This document shows, piece by piece, positions 20,344 through 30,789 of a stretch of 64,000 nucleotides of DNA (positions are counted from its first letter, which is position 1; every line of letters begins with the position of its first letter). The notes under the pieces were generated by a model, which had not been told where the DNA came from, searched no databases, and was given only the letters and a program-made list of their open reading frames with translations. The translations under genes and the position numbers were made by a program. This stretch comes from Promethearchaeota archaeon (lineage in GTDB: Archaea; Asgardarchaeota; Lokiarchaeia; Sigyniarchaeales; SOKP01): contig RDOA01000015.1 in NCBI GenBank assembly GCA_011364925.1, positions 8,076 through 72,075 on the forward strand, in the 5' to 3' direction.

Positions 20344-22218
20344 TTAAATCCCTAAAGACTTTACTTCTATATTACGATACCAAGATAATATTCCATAAAT
20401 AGTAAGAATTGCCCCAAAAATAAAAAGAATTGAAGTAAAAAGAATTGTTCCTGCAATACTTGAGATATATGTAATAGAAGAACCTAAGTAAACAGTTAAA
20501 TCTTGGATTACGAAGGATTTATTAACGAACATAAATACTACACCAAAAATAATTACTCCGGAGATGATTTGTAAAGCTGCGATTATAAGATTTATATTAT
20601 GGATTGCTCTAGATCTTTTTTTGCCTAAATCAATAATCTGAGCATTCCCAATATTAATTGCAACTTTTTCTCTGTCGACAAATTTAACATAATAATAAGC
20701 TAATTCTCTAAGAGGCAATAAGTCAAGTATAACTGTTATTATAGTAAACACGCATATTCCAATTACAATTCTATTTATAATAATTAAGTCAGGAGCGACT
20801 ACGGAAAAATTATTTATAGCCATTATAAATAATCCTAATGCTAGAGAAAAGACGAATTTTATACCTGTTAAGGTCAGATTCTTGGAGGGTTTATCAGTCA
20901 TTATCAATAACTGATATGTAAAACCAATTATCACTATTATAAGTCCCATAACTAAGGCAATTGGTTCAATTATAATACCTAGAATTACGGCGAAAGCTAA
21001 GAAGCATATAAAAATAAAGATAGGTAAAAATGGAAAAAATGGTGCTTTAAACGGACGATCTAATTCTTTTCTTTTTCGTCTTAACTTTACTGCTGCATAA
21101 TTTACAAAAGCTAAAGCAAAAAAGTAGATAAAGTTAGTTATATTAGCAGCTAAAAATTTTGCACCGGCAAAAATCGTGAATAAAAGGATTATAACCACAG
21201 AAATTACCAATCCTAATATTGGTAAATCTGATTTAGATTTAGTTTCTCTAACTTTTTCGGGTATAAATCGATCTCGTGCTAATGCAGTTATAATACTTAC
21301 TGCTGAACCTAATGCAGCATTTATCGCAATCATAGTTGAGATTAAGGCGGCAATAACCATGATATAAAAACCAAATGAACCGATGATACTTTCAAATACA
21401 TTAGCTAATAATATGGGACCTTCAACTAACTCTACTGGAGTTCCTCCCATATTAACTAAAACAACAAGAGTAATTAATATGTATATAATTAATGTAGAAA
21501 GTATAGCATACATATTCGTTTTTGGAATATTTCTTGAGGGATTTTTTATCTCAGGGTTTAAGAGTGCTAGATTTGTAGTGATCGAAGGATATAAAATAAA
21601 TAGAAATAAAAAGCCCGGAATGATTCCTTCGCTTTTAATCGGTGGAAGAAGAAAATTAGGATTTGTAATAGGTTGGAGTAATAATCCCAAAACGATAAAA
21701 AGCGCAAACAAGCCTATTAGTATGAAAGTTAACACCAATAATGCATTGGTAGCGATTGTTTTTTTCCTAAAAATAATTATACTTGTGAAAAGAATAGGTA
21801 CAATAGAGATTCCTGTTACAATAATATCTGAAATTGGTAGGTTTAATTTAATAAAAACATCCTGAATCACAATAGCAAATATTTGGGCTGAAAAGGCACA
21901 TGCTGCGATGTTTGCTATCCATAAAAAAAAGCCGATAATAAAAGCTAAGAACCCACCAATTCCTTCTTTACCAAAATTGTAAACACCTCCTGCTACTGGA
22001 AGGCTAGTAGAAACCTCGGCATAATTTAATCCAGTAAAAAATATCAATATTCCTCCTAAGAGTAAACTAAAAATTAGTCCCGATCCTGCCTCATTAATTC
22101 CTAATCCTAACAGTGCGAATATGGAACCACCTATTCCACATCCTATACCATAAATTACCCCTTGAGATAATTTTAATGTTCTTTCCGGCAGAACTTCTTT
22201 TGGCTTTACCTCATTCAA
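20344..22218 (-). CDS. APC-family amino acid permease with extra C-terminal TM helices
   Basis: GIGGSIF, YAEVSTSLPVAGG, EIKNPSRNIP, ALARDRFIP, RPFKAPFFP. Confidence 0.88.
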   Translation of the reverse strand: MNEVKPKEVLPERTLKLSQGVIYGIGCGIGGSIFALLGLGINEAGSGLIFSLLLGGILIFFTGLNYAEVSTSLPVAGGVYNFGKEGIGGFLAFIIGFFLWIANIAACAFSAQIFAIVIQDVFIKLNLPISDIIVTGISIVPILFTSIIIFRKKTIATNALLVLTFILIGLFALFIVLGLLLQPITNPNFLLPPIKSEGIIPGFLFLFILYPSITTNLALLNPEIKNPSRNIPKTNMYAILSTLIIYILITLVVLVNMGGTPVELVEGPILLANVFESIIGSFGFYIMVIAALISTMIAINAALGSAVSIITALARDRFIPEKVRETKSKSDLPILGLVISVVIILLFTIFAGAKFLAANITNFIYFFALAFVNYAAVKLRRKRKELDRPFKAPFFPFLPIFIFICFLAFAVILGIIIEPIALVMGLIIVIIGFTYQLLIMTDKPSKNLTLTGIKFVFSLALGLFIMAINNFSVVAPDLIIINRIVIGICVFTIITVILDLLPLRELAYYYVKFVDREKVAINIGNAQIIDLGKKRSRAIHNINLIIAALQIISGVIIFGVVFMFVNKSFVIQDLTVYLGSSITYISSIAGTILFTSILFIFGAILTIYGILSWYRNIEVKSLGI

Positions 22219-22278
22219 GATTAATCTTTATATATTGTAATTTTTTTGGTGTGTATTCTTGAGATTATGAATCTACAC

Positions 22279-23733
22279 TTAAGATTTTTCAAGATGGAAA
22301 ACTCCGCTAGCGATTGAGAAAACACCTGCGATTATTAGGATAAGAAAAAGCAAGCTTTCCATGTCGCCAAAGTTTAATACTCTAGTGTAACCGAGGAGTA
22401 CTATTATTATTATAAGGATTCCAACTCCAATGAGGATGCCCCCGAAAAATTTCGATAATCTATAGACTAATGAAAGGAATTCTAATCTGTGGATCCTGCT
22501 TTCTTTATCACGAATTTCTTCCTCTTGGGTATCTAGTTCTAACTTTAATTTCTGAAGAAGATTTTTAGCATCATTAGTACTCTGCTCAATAACTTCTTTC
22601 GATTTAACGAGTCTTTCATGCTCTTCATTCATATAGTTTAATTTCTCAGTAATAGAATCTAATCGTTCTTCTCGTTCAGCATATTCAAGATTGGAAGTTT
22701 CAATATTCTTTTTCAGATCTTCTAATCTAGTTTGGTTTGCTTTAATTAAATTTTCTTGACTTGCTATTTGCTCAACAATAGAGTTCATTGCATCTTTTTG
22801 TTGTTGAACTCGTGATTCGACATCAATTAATTGTTCTTGCTTTTCTGTTAGCTGAACCTTGTATTTTGCAATAAGTTCTTCGTAAGTTTCTCTTTGTTTT
22901 TCCATTTCTGGAAAACCATCCTTATAATCCTCTATTGTTTTCTCAATGATTTTGATCCTAGCCTCGTTTTTTTCAATCTGTTCGTTCAATAACTTTTTCT
23001 CTTCTTCTTTTGCTTCTATTTCATTGTTAGTATGCTCTAATTCATACTTATTTTTACCTATTGAAACTTGAAGCGCTTCTTTCTCAGCAGTTAAACTTTT
23101 AATCCTTTTTTCCAACGCCTCAGCAGCTTCTCTTTGCCGTTCGCGTAAACTTTCTTTTTCTTGTATTTCTTGGTTCAGTTTTGTGATGCTATTTCTGAGT
23201 TCTTCTTGATTAGCTACTTTCTCTTTTACACTATCCGTTAAAACAATTAAATCTACCTGTCTTGTTTCAAATGTGTTGACCAATTGTTCATTATTTTTTA
23301 ATAATTCTTTATACTCATCCTCTAAGTTTTCTTTACTCTTCTTGATTATTTCGAATCGTTCTTCTAAATTATGTAATTCCTCATTTTTTGTATTGTATTT
23401 ATCTTCATGTGTCTTTATTGTCTCTTCAATCGCAGCTAAATATTCCTCTTTATCATTGATCTTACTTTGAATTGATTCTAGCTTTTCTTGGGCTTCCTGG
23501 ATTTCTTCAGTAACTTTTTCGTTTTTGCGTTCTCGCTTTTCTGGTTCTGTTTCACCAGTTTTAATTGTTTCTGAAATGTCTTCAATACTATTTTCGAAAG
23601 TCCTAAGTTTCTTTTCTATCATATCTCTTGAATCCTTAGCTTTTGACAAATATTCTTTATCTACTTTTTCAACTTCCTTTTCCGACTTTTCTCCCGATTT
23701 TTCTAGTTCTTCTTCGATCTCGTCGTCTGTCAT
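22279..23733 (-). CDS. Long coiled-coil protein with C-terminal TM hairpin
   Basis: About 400 aa of E/K/Q/L-rich heptads followed by two hydrophobic helices. Confidence 0.85.
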   Translation of the reverse strand: MTDDEIEEELEKSGEKSEKEVEKVDKEYLSKAKDSRDMIEKKLRTFENSIEDISETIKTGETEPEKRERKNEKVTEEIQEAQEKLESIQSKINDKEEYLAAIEETIKTHEDKYNTKNEELHNLEERFEIIKKSKENLEDEYKELLKNNEQLVNTFETRQVDLIVLTDSVKEKVANQEELRNSITKLNQEIQEKESLRERQREAAEALEKRIKSLTAEKEALQVSIGKNKYELEHTNNEIEAKEEEKKLLNEQIEKNEARIKIIEKTIEDYKDGFPEMEKQRETYEELIAKYKVQLTEKQEQLIDVESRVQQQKDAMNSIVEQIASQENLIKANQTRLEDLKKNIETSNLEYAEREERLDSITEKLNYMNEEHERLVKSKEVIEQSTNDAKNLLQKLKLELDTQEEEIRDKESRIHRLEFLSLVYRLSKFFGGILIGVGILIIIIVLLGYTRVLNFGDMESLLFLILIIAGVFSIASGVFHLEKS

Positions 23734-24149
23734 ATTACGATTATTATTTTTAGATTTTTAATTTTGCATTTAATAAAAGGAGAATTTGAAATTTATAATT
23801 TAATATTTATTTATATACAAGAAATATATTTTATTTTGCTCAACGATTTGTTGATACAAATAAATCTGCATTTTCTACATCAAAACTAACTTCTTTATAA
23901 AATATACCCTTTCCAAATATTTAAACTTTTGACATTAATTTATTTTGAAGGACTATCGTTTCAAGATCTAGCGATAAATTTATATAAGAGTATCTATGGA
24001 AAGATAGAGTGAAGAGGTTTTTCAAAGCTCTAATTTTCAGAAACTATAATCCAGATTACGGATTATCTTTTTTAACATTATCTAAAAGGTAAATATATTA
24101 TCCTCCTTAGAAAAATAGTTTATTCTATTTTATTCTGATTATAGGAGAC

Positions 24150-25643
24150 TTAATTAAAACGTTGCTGTTTTATATCCACTTCTTTGATCAACTTAACCTT
24201 AACATTAATAAAAAAAGTTCTTGGTCCAAAAGTTACTAAGGTATAGTAATTTTCACGACTCCCAATTTCTAATTTTCTATCAACAATTGGTAATATAAAT
24301 TGGCGCTTTCCATAAATGCTTGCTAACTCATGATCATAGTGGTTAAAATCAGCTCGATTTTCGAGTGCTCTTACTGTATGCAGAAATTGGGAGCTATCTC
24401 TTGAGGACATTTCAGCAAAAAAATAATGCAGATCAAGATAATTTCCATATTCATGCTCATTCATAAGTAAACTTACGGTTGTATGGTAAGGTCTAATGAC
24501 TAATTCTCCACTTTTTAGATCTGGATTATCCTCTAAAGTTGAATTTAAGATTTTTTCGAGAATGTTTGTAATAAGGAGTAATTGGGTTACACCAAAGCTC
24601 CTTAACTTAATTTTATAAGAAAAAATTAATTCATTTTTATTTTCAATTCGATCTATTTCTTTAATTTCTTTCAATGGTTCAAATATTTTAGGATCAATAG
24701 AAGGCGTAAAATAAATTGGATTTAACCTAGTTACATTTCTAAAACCCCAAGTTTTCAAAATATTTTTATGCGAGAAATTTAGAGTTTCAATAGCTTCCAA
24801 GAATCCCCTCATCATTTGAGATACTTCTAAAGTCGGAGTAGCACTTCCAATCGTAATTCTATGCCATGAGTTTTGAATAAATCCCGGCATCGAAAATAAT
24901 TGACGAAAGGAATTAGTAGGCGTCATCCCCCCAAAAGTTCTTGGGTCGATTTCAATCCACACATTATTATAAAGCCTTAGGAGTTGATAATACAAATTAA
25001 AATCACCTGAAATATCAAGACCACTTAAAATTGTAATAATACCTGTGTGTTGGGATAAGAATGACTTGATTTTATCATAAGTAACATACTGAGCGTGATT
25101 GTCAGGGATACTAGTATTTCCGACGTCTAATTTAAGAAACAAATGGTGTTCTTTACAATATTCAATTAGTTCGTTGAGATTTTGGTTATCGTTTTTAGTT
25201 ATATCTAATTCTATAAAGGAGGGATAAATTACAATACCAACAACCGGAATCTCATCTTGGATGGCTTTTATTGATAAAATCACACTCTCTTTAAGATCAA
25301 ACGATAGAATTGCTTTAAATAATTCAGGGTCTTTTTTTACAACCGTGATGACATCTTCATTAGTTATTCCATAAGATCTATTCATTTCCATTGCTTGAAT
25401 TAATCCGTATTTCATATCTGAGCAAATTAGTTCTAGTTTTTCATCCTCTAAAGATATTTTTCTGGTATAAAACAAATTATTCCCATAACTGTCCTTAAGT
25501 TTAAATAGATTTAATAGAGCATTAGAGGGTTCAAAATCGGTAAAAATTGGCCAGATCAAACTATCTATTTGACCGTAAATAAAAGCACTGGCGTATTCTT
25601 CTCCAAATATCGAACTAAAATCTGGCTGATACAACCTTTCCAA
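24150..25643 (-). CDS. Amidohydrolase-like barrel fused to a YjbQ/UPF0047 domain
   Basis: C-terminal HTTVSLLMNE, DHELASIYG, PIVDRKLEIG, GPR; N-terminal part resembles amidohydrolase_2 (VVGIVIYP, YNNVWIEI, RITIGS). Confidence 0.65.
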   Translation of the reverse strand: MERLYQPDFSSIFGEEYASAFIYGQIDSLIWPIFTDFEPSNALLNLFKLKDSYGNNLFYTRKISLEDEKLELICSDMKYGLIQAMEMNRSYGITNEDVITVVKKDPELFKAILSFDLKESVILSIKAIQDEIPVVGIVIYPSFIELDITKNDNQNLNELIEYCKEHHLFLKLDVGNTSIPDNHAQYVTYDKIKSFLSQHTGIITILSGLDISGDFNLYYQLLRLYNNVWIEIDPRTFGGMTPTNSFRQLFSMPGFIQNSWHRITIGSATPTLEVSQMMRGFLEAIETLNFSHKNILKTWGFRNVTRLNPIYFTPSIDPKIFEPLKEIKEIDRIENKNELIFSYKIKLRSFGVTQLLLITNILEKILNSTLEDNPDLKSGELVIRPYHTTVSLLMNEHEYGNYLDLHYFFAEMSSRDSSQFLHTVRALENRADFNHYDHELASIYGKRQFILPIVDRKLEIGSRENYYTLVTFGPRTFFINVKVKLIKEVDIKQQRFN

Positions 25644-25750
25644 TTTAATGACCCATTCTTCTAATTTGAACCATAAATTAAGGACATTTTAAATAAATTA
25701 TTTTAATGTAGGAACCCAAATAATAATTATTAAGTTAATTCGACTTACTA

Positions 25751-27751
25751 TTGATTATTGTATCAATGATCGATCTCACATTAGGAAATTATCCGATAAT
25801 AATATCTCCGAACTTAGGGAATCCAATCTTACTCAATTTAAGAAATAATAAAGACCATTCTCAATTTCCAGTAAAGAATTTATCTTTTAAGGCTCTCGTA
25901 ATTGCTTCTAAGTCTTATTCAATTAAAAAAATTTTGGAGAACTTTCACCAGAATCTATTTATACAACCAATTTTGAAGGATAGTGGCGATTTTTCAAAAA
26001 GAAGAGGAGAATTGATAGATTTACATCTCGTTGAAATTAAAAAAGTTGAAAAACTAGATTTCAGAGACGAACCCGTTTTAGAGGAGGAAAACTGCATTAT
26101 TTGGGACATATTTAATTGTGTCTTTAAACATGATGACGTTTTCGGAAAAAGAAAAGAGCTATATAAGATAAAATTAGAAGTGAGAAATCTCCCAAAAATT
26201 GAACAATTATTAAAAGATTCTGACAGAGATTTTCTACTCTTCGATATTGTTCACGATATCCCTAATCTAAGCGAGAATAAGGTAAATTACCATAGTATCG
26301 CTGTATTTAATAAAGATTGGAAGGATTTCAAATTCATACATGCTTCAGATTTTCATGTTGCGAGGAGAAATGATTTCATTATAAATTATTTAAGGGAAAA
26401 TGTAAGATCTAAATTAGAGAGGTTTGATTCAAAAGAAAAGAAATTATCAAAGATCGATAAATTTGTGTTAACACGAGATTTTGAATTTAAAGAAGAATTC
26501 CAAGAAGAACGATACGAGGAACTAAGATATGCAAAGTATAATTTCAATTATAGTCTAAGGAAATTAATAGAATTTGCAAATATGGAAGTGTCAGAGAAAA
26601 ATCTCGATTTCATGCTTATGACGGGTGATTTAATTGATTATTTAGACATAGCAAGAGGGAATTATCAATACAAAAATAATTATTTAGTGTTTTTAGACAT
26701 ATTGCTTGGTTTGAACAAAGGTCTAGAAGATCCTCCATACTTGGGTAATGATGATGAATTTATAAATAAACAAGAGATTTTAGTCCCTATTTTTACTATT
26801 CCGGGTAATCACGATTACAGAAAAAACCATTACGGAATGCGTTTCGGCCAAATTCACAAAATTTTTGGAATGACTCATTCAGATGTAAAAGGATATTACG
26901 ATCATAAATTTTTCAATTATCTTACTGCTCTTAGGGCTAATGAGAGATATTTGAAAGATTATCTCAGATACATAAATCCTAATCTTAATTTTAATCTTAG
27001 AATAGGTGAGAATTATAATTTCATTTTTCTTGATACTGGACAAGACTCTGTAGCAGACATGCATGATTTGCTTAAGGGTGGTCCTAGTACAAAGGGGATT
27101 AAAGATTATCAGGTTGACTTATTACGAGCGTATATCAAATTAGCACATAATGAAAAGATTATAGTCGTTATGCACACTCCTCCAGTTTCTCCCAATCTTA
27201 ATGCCAATAAAAGAAGAAAGTATAAGAAGAAATTAAATATAAAAAATAGGCCACTAAAATGGTCAGATTTCTACGAAGAAAATTTAAAGAGCCACGATGG
27301 AACTGGAAGGTTAGATAAAATGTTAAATCTAAAATATCAGACTATAATGTATAATTGGGCTACTGTCTTGAGGATTTGTACTGGTTCAGATAAGGAAATT
27401 AGAAGAAAAGTAGATCTTGTAATTTGCGGACACACGCATACGTTAAAAGAATATCGTTTGAAAGAGGCAAAAGAAACCGAGCGAATAAATTTTGGGTTCT
27501 TGATTTTTCCTATCTACATAGAAGTACCGTGTGAAGTATATACTTCTCGATATAGAGATAAATTTAAAGAAATAAAAGATCCAAAAGATTTACAAATTTG
27601 GTTTGATGTGAATAAACCCTTTGTTCTTCAAACGCAAGCAGTTGGACCGCTTTCGGCAAGCTTTAAGTTTAAACCGCCAGGATTTAGACTTTATACAATA
27701 AAAGAGAACCAAATAGTTAGTGCAAAAGTATTTTCATTACATCTAAAGTGA
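25751..27751 (+). CDS. Calcineurin-like metallophosphoesterase
   Basis: SDFH, TGDLID, PGNHD, MHTPP, CGHTH. Confidence 0.88.
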   Translation: MIIVSMIDLTLGNYPIIISPNLGNPILLNLRNNKDHSQFPVKNLSFKALVIASKSYSIKKILENFHQNLFIQPILKDSGDFSKRRGELIDLHLVEIKKVEKLDFRDEPVLEEENCIIWDIFNCVFKHDDVFGKRKELYKIKLEVRNLPKIEQLLKDSDRDFLLFDIVHDIPNLSENKVNYHSIAVFNKDWKDFKFIHASDFHVARRNDFIINYLRENVRSKLERFDSKEKKLSKIDKFVLTRDFEFKEEFQEERYEELRYAKYNFNYSLRKLIEFANMEVSEKNLDFMLMTGDLIDYLDIARGNYQYKNNYLVFLDILLGLNKGLEDPPYLGNDDEFINKQEILVPIFTIPGNHDYRKNHYGMRFGQIHKIFGMTHSDVKGYYDHKFFNYLTALRANERYLKDYLRYINPNLNFNLRIGENYNFIFLDTGQDSVADMHDLLKGGPSTKGIKDYQVDLLRAYIKLAHNEKIIVVMHTPPVSPNLNANKRRKYKKKLNIKNRPLKWSDFYEENLKSHDGTGRLDKMLNLKYQTIMYNWATVLRICTGSDKEIRRKVDLVICGHTHTLKEYRLKEAKETERINFGFLIFPIYIEVPCEVYTSRYRDKFKEIKDPKDLQIWFDVNKPFVLQTQAVGPLSASFKFKPPGFRLYTIKENQIVSAKVFSLHLK

Positions 27752-27768
27752 AAAAAGTATAGTATACT

Positions 27769-28731
27769 TTACTTTTGGGATTTCATTAATTCAATAACTT
27801 CCTCGAATGATGTGTCTGGCATAGGACCGAAAAATTGAACTTTTAATGCACCAGCAGCGTTTGCAAACATTCCTATTTTCTTTAAATCCCACCCTGCTAA
27901 GTATCCAACGATAAAGGCTCCATCAAACGAATCACCTGCACCCGTTGGATCTATTTCCACAGCATTGTAACCGGGAATTTTAATTCCGTTAATATTTTCT
28001 CGAGAAAATATAGTACAACCTTCCTTGCCTTGTTTTAAAACTACCAAATTTAAACCTTTCTCTAATAACTTTTTACATGCATTTATTTCTCCTTTCACTC
28101 CCGCTAACATTTCTACTTCTTCTCCGCTTGGGAATAAGACAGTAGCATTATCTAAGATAGGTTTGGAAATGTCTAAAATCGTGTTTAGATCTAGCATCTC
28201 AGGTCTTAAGTTAGGATCAAATGATATTATCACATTTGGATTTATAGTTTTTGCAATTTCTATTGCTTTATAACAGGAATTCCGAGAAATTTTGCTTATT
28301 GAAAGGGAACTTCCCATAATATGAAGAGCTCTAACATTCGAAAAATAATCTTCATTAAGATCTTCTGGAGATACTTGTCCTGCTGCACCCGTTGCGAAAA
28401 TAAACTTACGAGAACCGTCAGAGTTATATTGATTAAACGCAATTCCAGTCGTGCAATTATCATTAACTTTTATCTTGGATACATCAATATGATCAGATCT
28501 CAGTTTTTCGAGTATTACCTCACCAAACTCATCATTTCCAATAGTACCTATAAACCCTGTTGAAAAGTTAAACGGGATCGCCATTCGAGCTACAGTATCT
28601 ATGTAGATTGCCGGAGCTCCACTAGGAAATGGTCCATTATATTGATGACCAATTATTCTATGTGGTACATCCTTCTCTGTTCTCATAATTTCAACGAGTA
28701 GCTCGCCTAAACAAATAATCTCGGGATTCAT
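27769..28731 (-). CDS. PfkB-family sugar kinase
   Basis: GTIGNDEFG, FDPNLR, KQGKEG, DPTGAGDSF. Confidence 0.93.
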   Translation of the reverse strand: MNPEIICLGELLVEIMRTEKDVPHRIIGHQYNGPFPSGAPAIYIDTVARMAIPFNFSTGFIGTIGNDEFGEVILEKLRSDHIDVSKIKVNDNCTTGIAFNQYNSDGSRKFIFATGAAGQVSPEDLNEDYFSNVRALHIMGSSLSISKISRNSCYKAIEIAKTINPNVIISFDPNLRPEMLDLNTILDISKPILDNATVLFPSGEEVEMLAGVKGEINACKKLLEKGLNLVVLKQGKEGCTIFSRENINGIKIPGYNAVEIDPTGAGDSFDGAFIVGYLAGWDLKKIGMFANAAGALKVQFFGPMPDTSFEEVIELMKSQK

Positions 28732-28896
28732 CTTTAAATTTAAATTTTTTTACTTTTATTAAATTAAAATTAAGGTATCCTATAAATACAAGAGATTTAG
28801 AATTTAATTTCTGTATTTAAAGATTCAAAAAGGTTATTTACTTCATTTCATAATATTTTCATAAGAAAACTATAATTACTTTAATAGGGAAAAAGA

Positions 28897-29931
28897 TTGG
28901 GTTTAAAAACTAGCATAACCGAGATGTTTGGGATTAAATATCCTATTTTAGCCGCCCCAATGGGTCCATTTTACACCACAGATTTGACTGTAGCTGTTTC
29001 TGAAGCAGGAGGTTTAGGGGTTCTCAGCCATACTAATTTGTTTGGAAAAAGTAGCTTAGCTGAAATGAAGAAAAATATGGAATTTGTTGTAGAGCATACT
29101 GATAAACCTTTTGGCTTCAACATAAGAACCTCAAGATTACAACTTGATGCTCCTGGGCTTTGCAGGGCAATTCCTAGATTCATTAATAATAATCCTAAAA
29201 TTAAGGAACAGTGTTTATATGTAATTACTAGCGCGGGTACTCCAAAGATGCTATATAATAACGCTTTTAATAAATTAAAAGAAGGAGGATCAAATATAAA
29301 GCATTTTCACGTTGCTCCTGCTCTCTGGTTGGCAGATAAGTGTGTAGATGCGGGATGTGATGGAGTTGTCGTTACAGGTTGGGAAGGCGGAGGCCATCAA
29401 TCGTATGAAAAAATAAGCTCGTTAGTACTTCTACAACAAGTTAAAACTAAATATCCAGACCTCCCACTAATAGCATGTGGAGGAATTGCTACTGGGGAGG
29501 GGATGGCTGCAGCTCTATCGCTTGGAGCTGGAGGAATTGCTATGGGATCTAGATTTATAGCCTCAAAAGAAAGTGAATTTCACGATAATTATAAAAACAT
29601 TATTCCTAGCGCAGAAGCAAGTGATACTATATGGGTTACAGGCGTATTAGGTCCTATTCGCCTTTGGAAGAATAATTATTCACAAAATCATGGCGTAGTA
29701 AGTTCTAAGGATGAAAAGATGGCTCTTGAAGCTCAAATTACTCCTGAAAAGGCTTTAAAAGACCAAAAGCATTACGAAATGACGTACAAAGGAAATATTA
29801 ACGATGGTGCGGTGTTATTAGGACAAAGTATTGGAGTTATTAAATCTATTGAAAGTGTCAAAGATATCTTGGATAAGATGGTGAAGGATGCCGAGAAAGC
29901 TTTAATTAATGCCTCAAAAATGGTAATCTAG
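28897..29931 (+). CDS. Nitronate monooxygenase / FabK-like flavin oxidoreductase
   Basis: YPILAAPM, AVSEAGGLG, GWEGGGH, ACGGI, MGSRF, GQSIG. Confidence 0.9.
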   Translation: MGLKTSITEMFGIKYPILAAPMGPFYTTDLTVAVSEAGGLGVLSHTNLFGKSSLAEMKKNMEFVVEHTDKPFGFNIRTSRLQLDAPGLCRAIPRFINNNPKIKEQCLYVITSAGTPKMLYNNAFNKLKEGGSNIKHFHVAPALWLADKCVDAGCDGVVVTGWEGGGHQSYEKISSLVLLQQVKTKYPDLPLIACGGIATGEGMAAALSLGAGGIAMGSRFIASKESEFHDNYKNIIPSAEASDTIWVTGVLGPIRLWKNNYSQNHGVVSSKDEKMALEAQITPEKALKDQKHYEMTYKGNINDGAVLLGQSIGVIKSIESVKDILDKMVKDAEKALINASKMVI

Positions 29932-30001
29932 TCTGTATAATGGGTAATTTAGATTAATCATAATTTTTTTTAATAATTTAATTTAAAATTAAGTGATATT
30001 G

Positions 30002-30253
30002 ATGGGAAGAAAACTAAATAATAGGAAAAAAGTTGAATTAATAAATGAAGTATTAGATAGATACGACGAAGGTGCGTGTTTATATTGTGGAGGGACTCTA
30101 AATGGTGACTTAGAAAGCAGTGACTTCGATGAGGGTTATTCAGACGACTGGTGTGGCAATTGCGCGAAGGAAATTGATCCTACTGATGACTGGGAAGAAG
30201 CATGTTTAATCGCAATTGATAAAGTAATTCACGATAAAGAATTTAAGCCATAA
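30002..30253 (+). CDS. Small acidic zinc-finger protein
   Basis: CLYC..CGNC; ATG at 30002. Confidence 0.7.
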   Translation: MGRKLNNRKKVELINEVLDRYDEGACLYCGGTLNGDLESSDFDEGYSDDWCGNCAKEIDPTDDWEEACLIAIDKVIHDKEFKP

Positions 30254-30270
30254 GTACTTACGATTTAAGG

Positions 30271-30750
30271 GTGTTTGACTCTTTGTATAAAAGAATAGAG
30301 ATAAATCCATTTGATTATCTTGACAGTTTTAACAGAAATACTGCTTTAATGGTTACAATAGATAAAGCAGGTAAATGTAATGTTATGGCGCTAGATTGGA
30401 AAAAAATCACTGAGTTTGAAGGTGACCCTGTCATTAGAGCTCAAGTAGCGTATAGTCGATATACATATACTTTATTAACCAAGGGAGAAGCCGAATTTAC
30501 GATTAATATCCCTTCAGAAAGAATTAATAATGCTGTGGATATAGCTGGATCTTTTTCTGGGAGAAATACCGATAAAATCAAAATGGCGAAATTAGAATTA
30601 ATTCCCGGTGGAGCAACTAAAGTTCCTACTTTGAAAAATTGTTTATTGAACTATGAATGCAAGATAATTCATGACGCAAAGTCAGAGATTTCTAGTCATC
30701 ACTATTTCTATGGTAAAATAATTCGTGCTTATGGTTCAGTTGATCTATAG
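30271..30750 (+). CDS. Flavin reductase-like protein
   Basis: CNVM, SRYT, EFTINIP, SGRNTDK, NYECKI. Confidence 0.88.
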   Translation: MFDSLYKRIEINPFDYLDSFNRNTALMVTIDKAGKCNVMALDWKKITEFEGDPVIRAQVAYSRYTYTLLTKGEAEFTINIPSERINNAVDIAGSFSGRNTDKIKMAKLELIPGGATKVPTLKNCLLNYECKIIHDAKSEISSHHYFYGKIIRAYGSVDL

Positions 30751-30789
30751 AAAAATAGATTCATGCTAACCTTTAATGTCGCAAGCAAT

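Noticed and set aside
21383-21865. 160-aa plus-strand ORF and the other short ORFs nested in larger genes (for example 6721, 9980, 43586, 56706, 63240)
   Set aside because: Shadow ORFs overlapping well-supported genes, with no motifs.
22279-23733. SMC/Rad50 annotation for the coiled-coil protein
   Set aside because: No Walker motifs, hinge or zinc hook.
23734-24149. Longest intergenic gap; possible ncRNA or decayed small ORF (MSKV*IFGKG...)
   Set aside because: Very AT-rich, no stable stems or repeats seen, reading frames interrupted.
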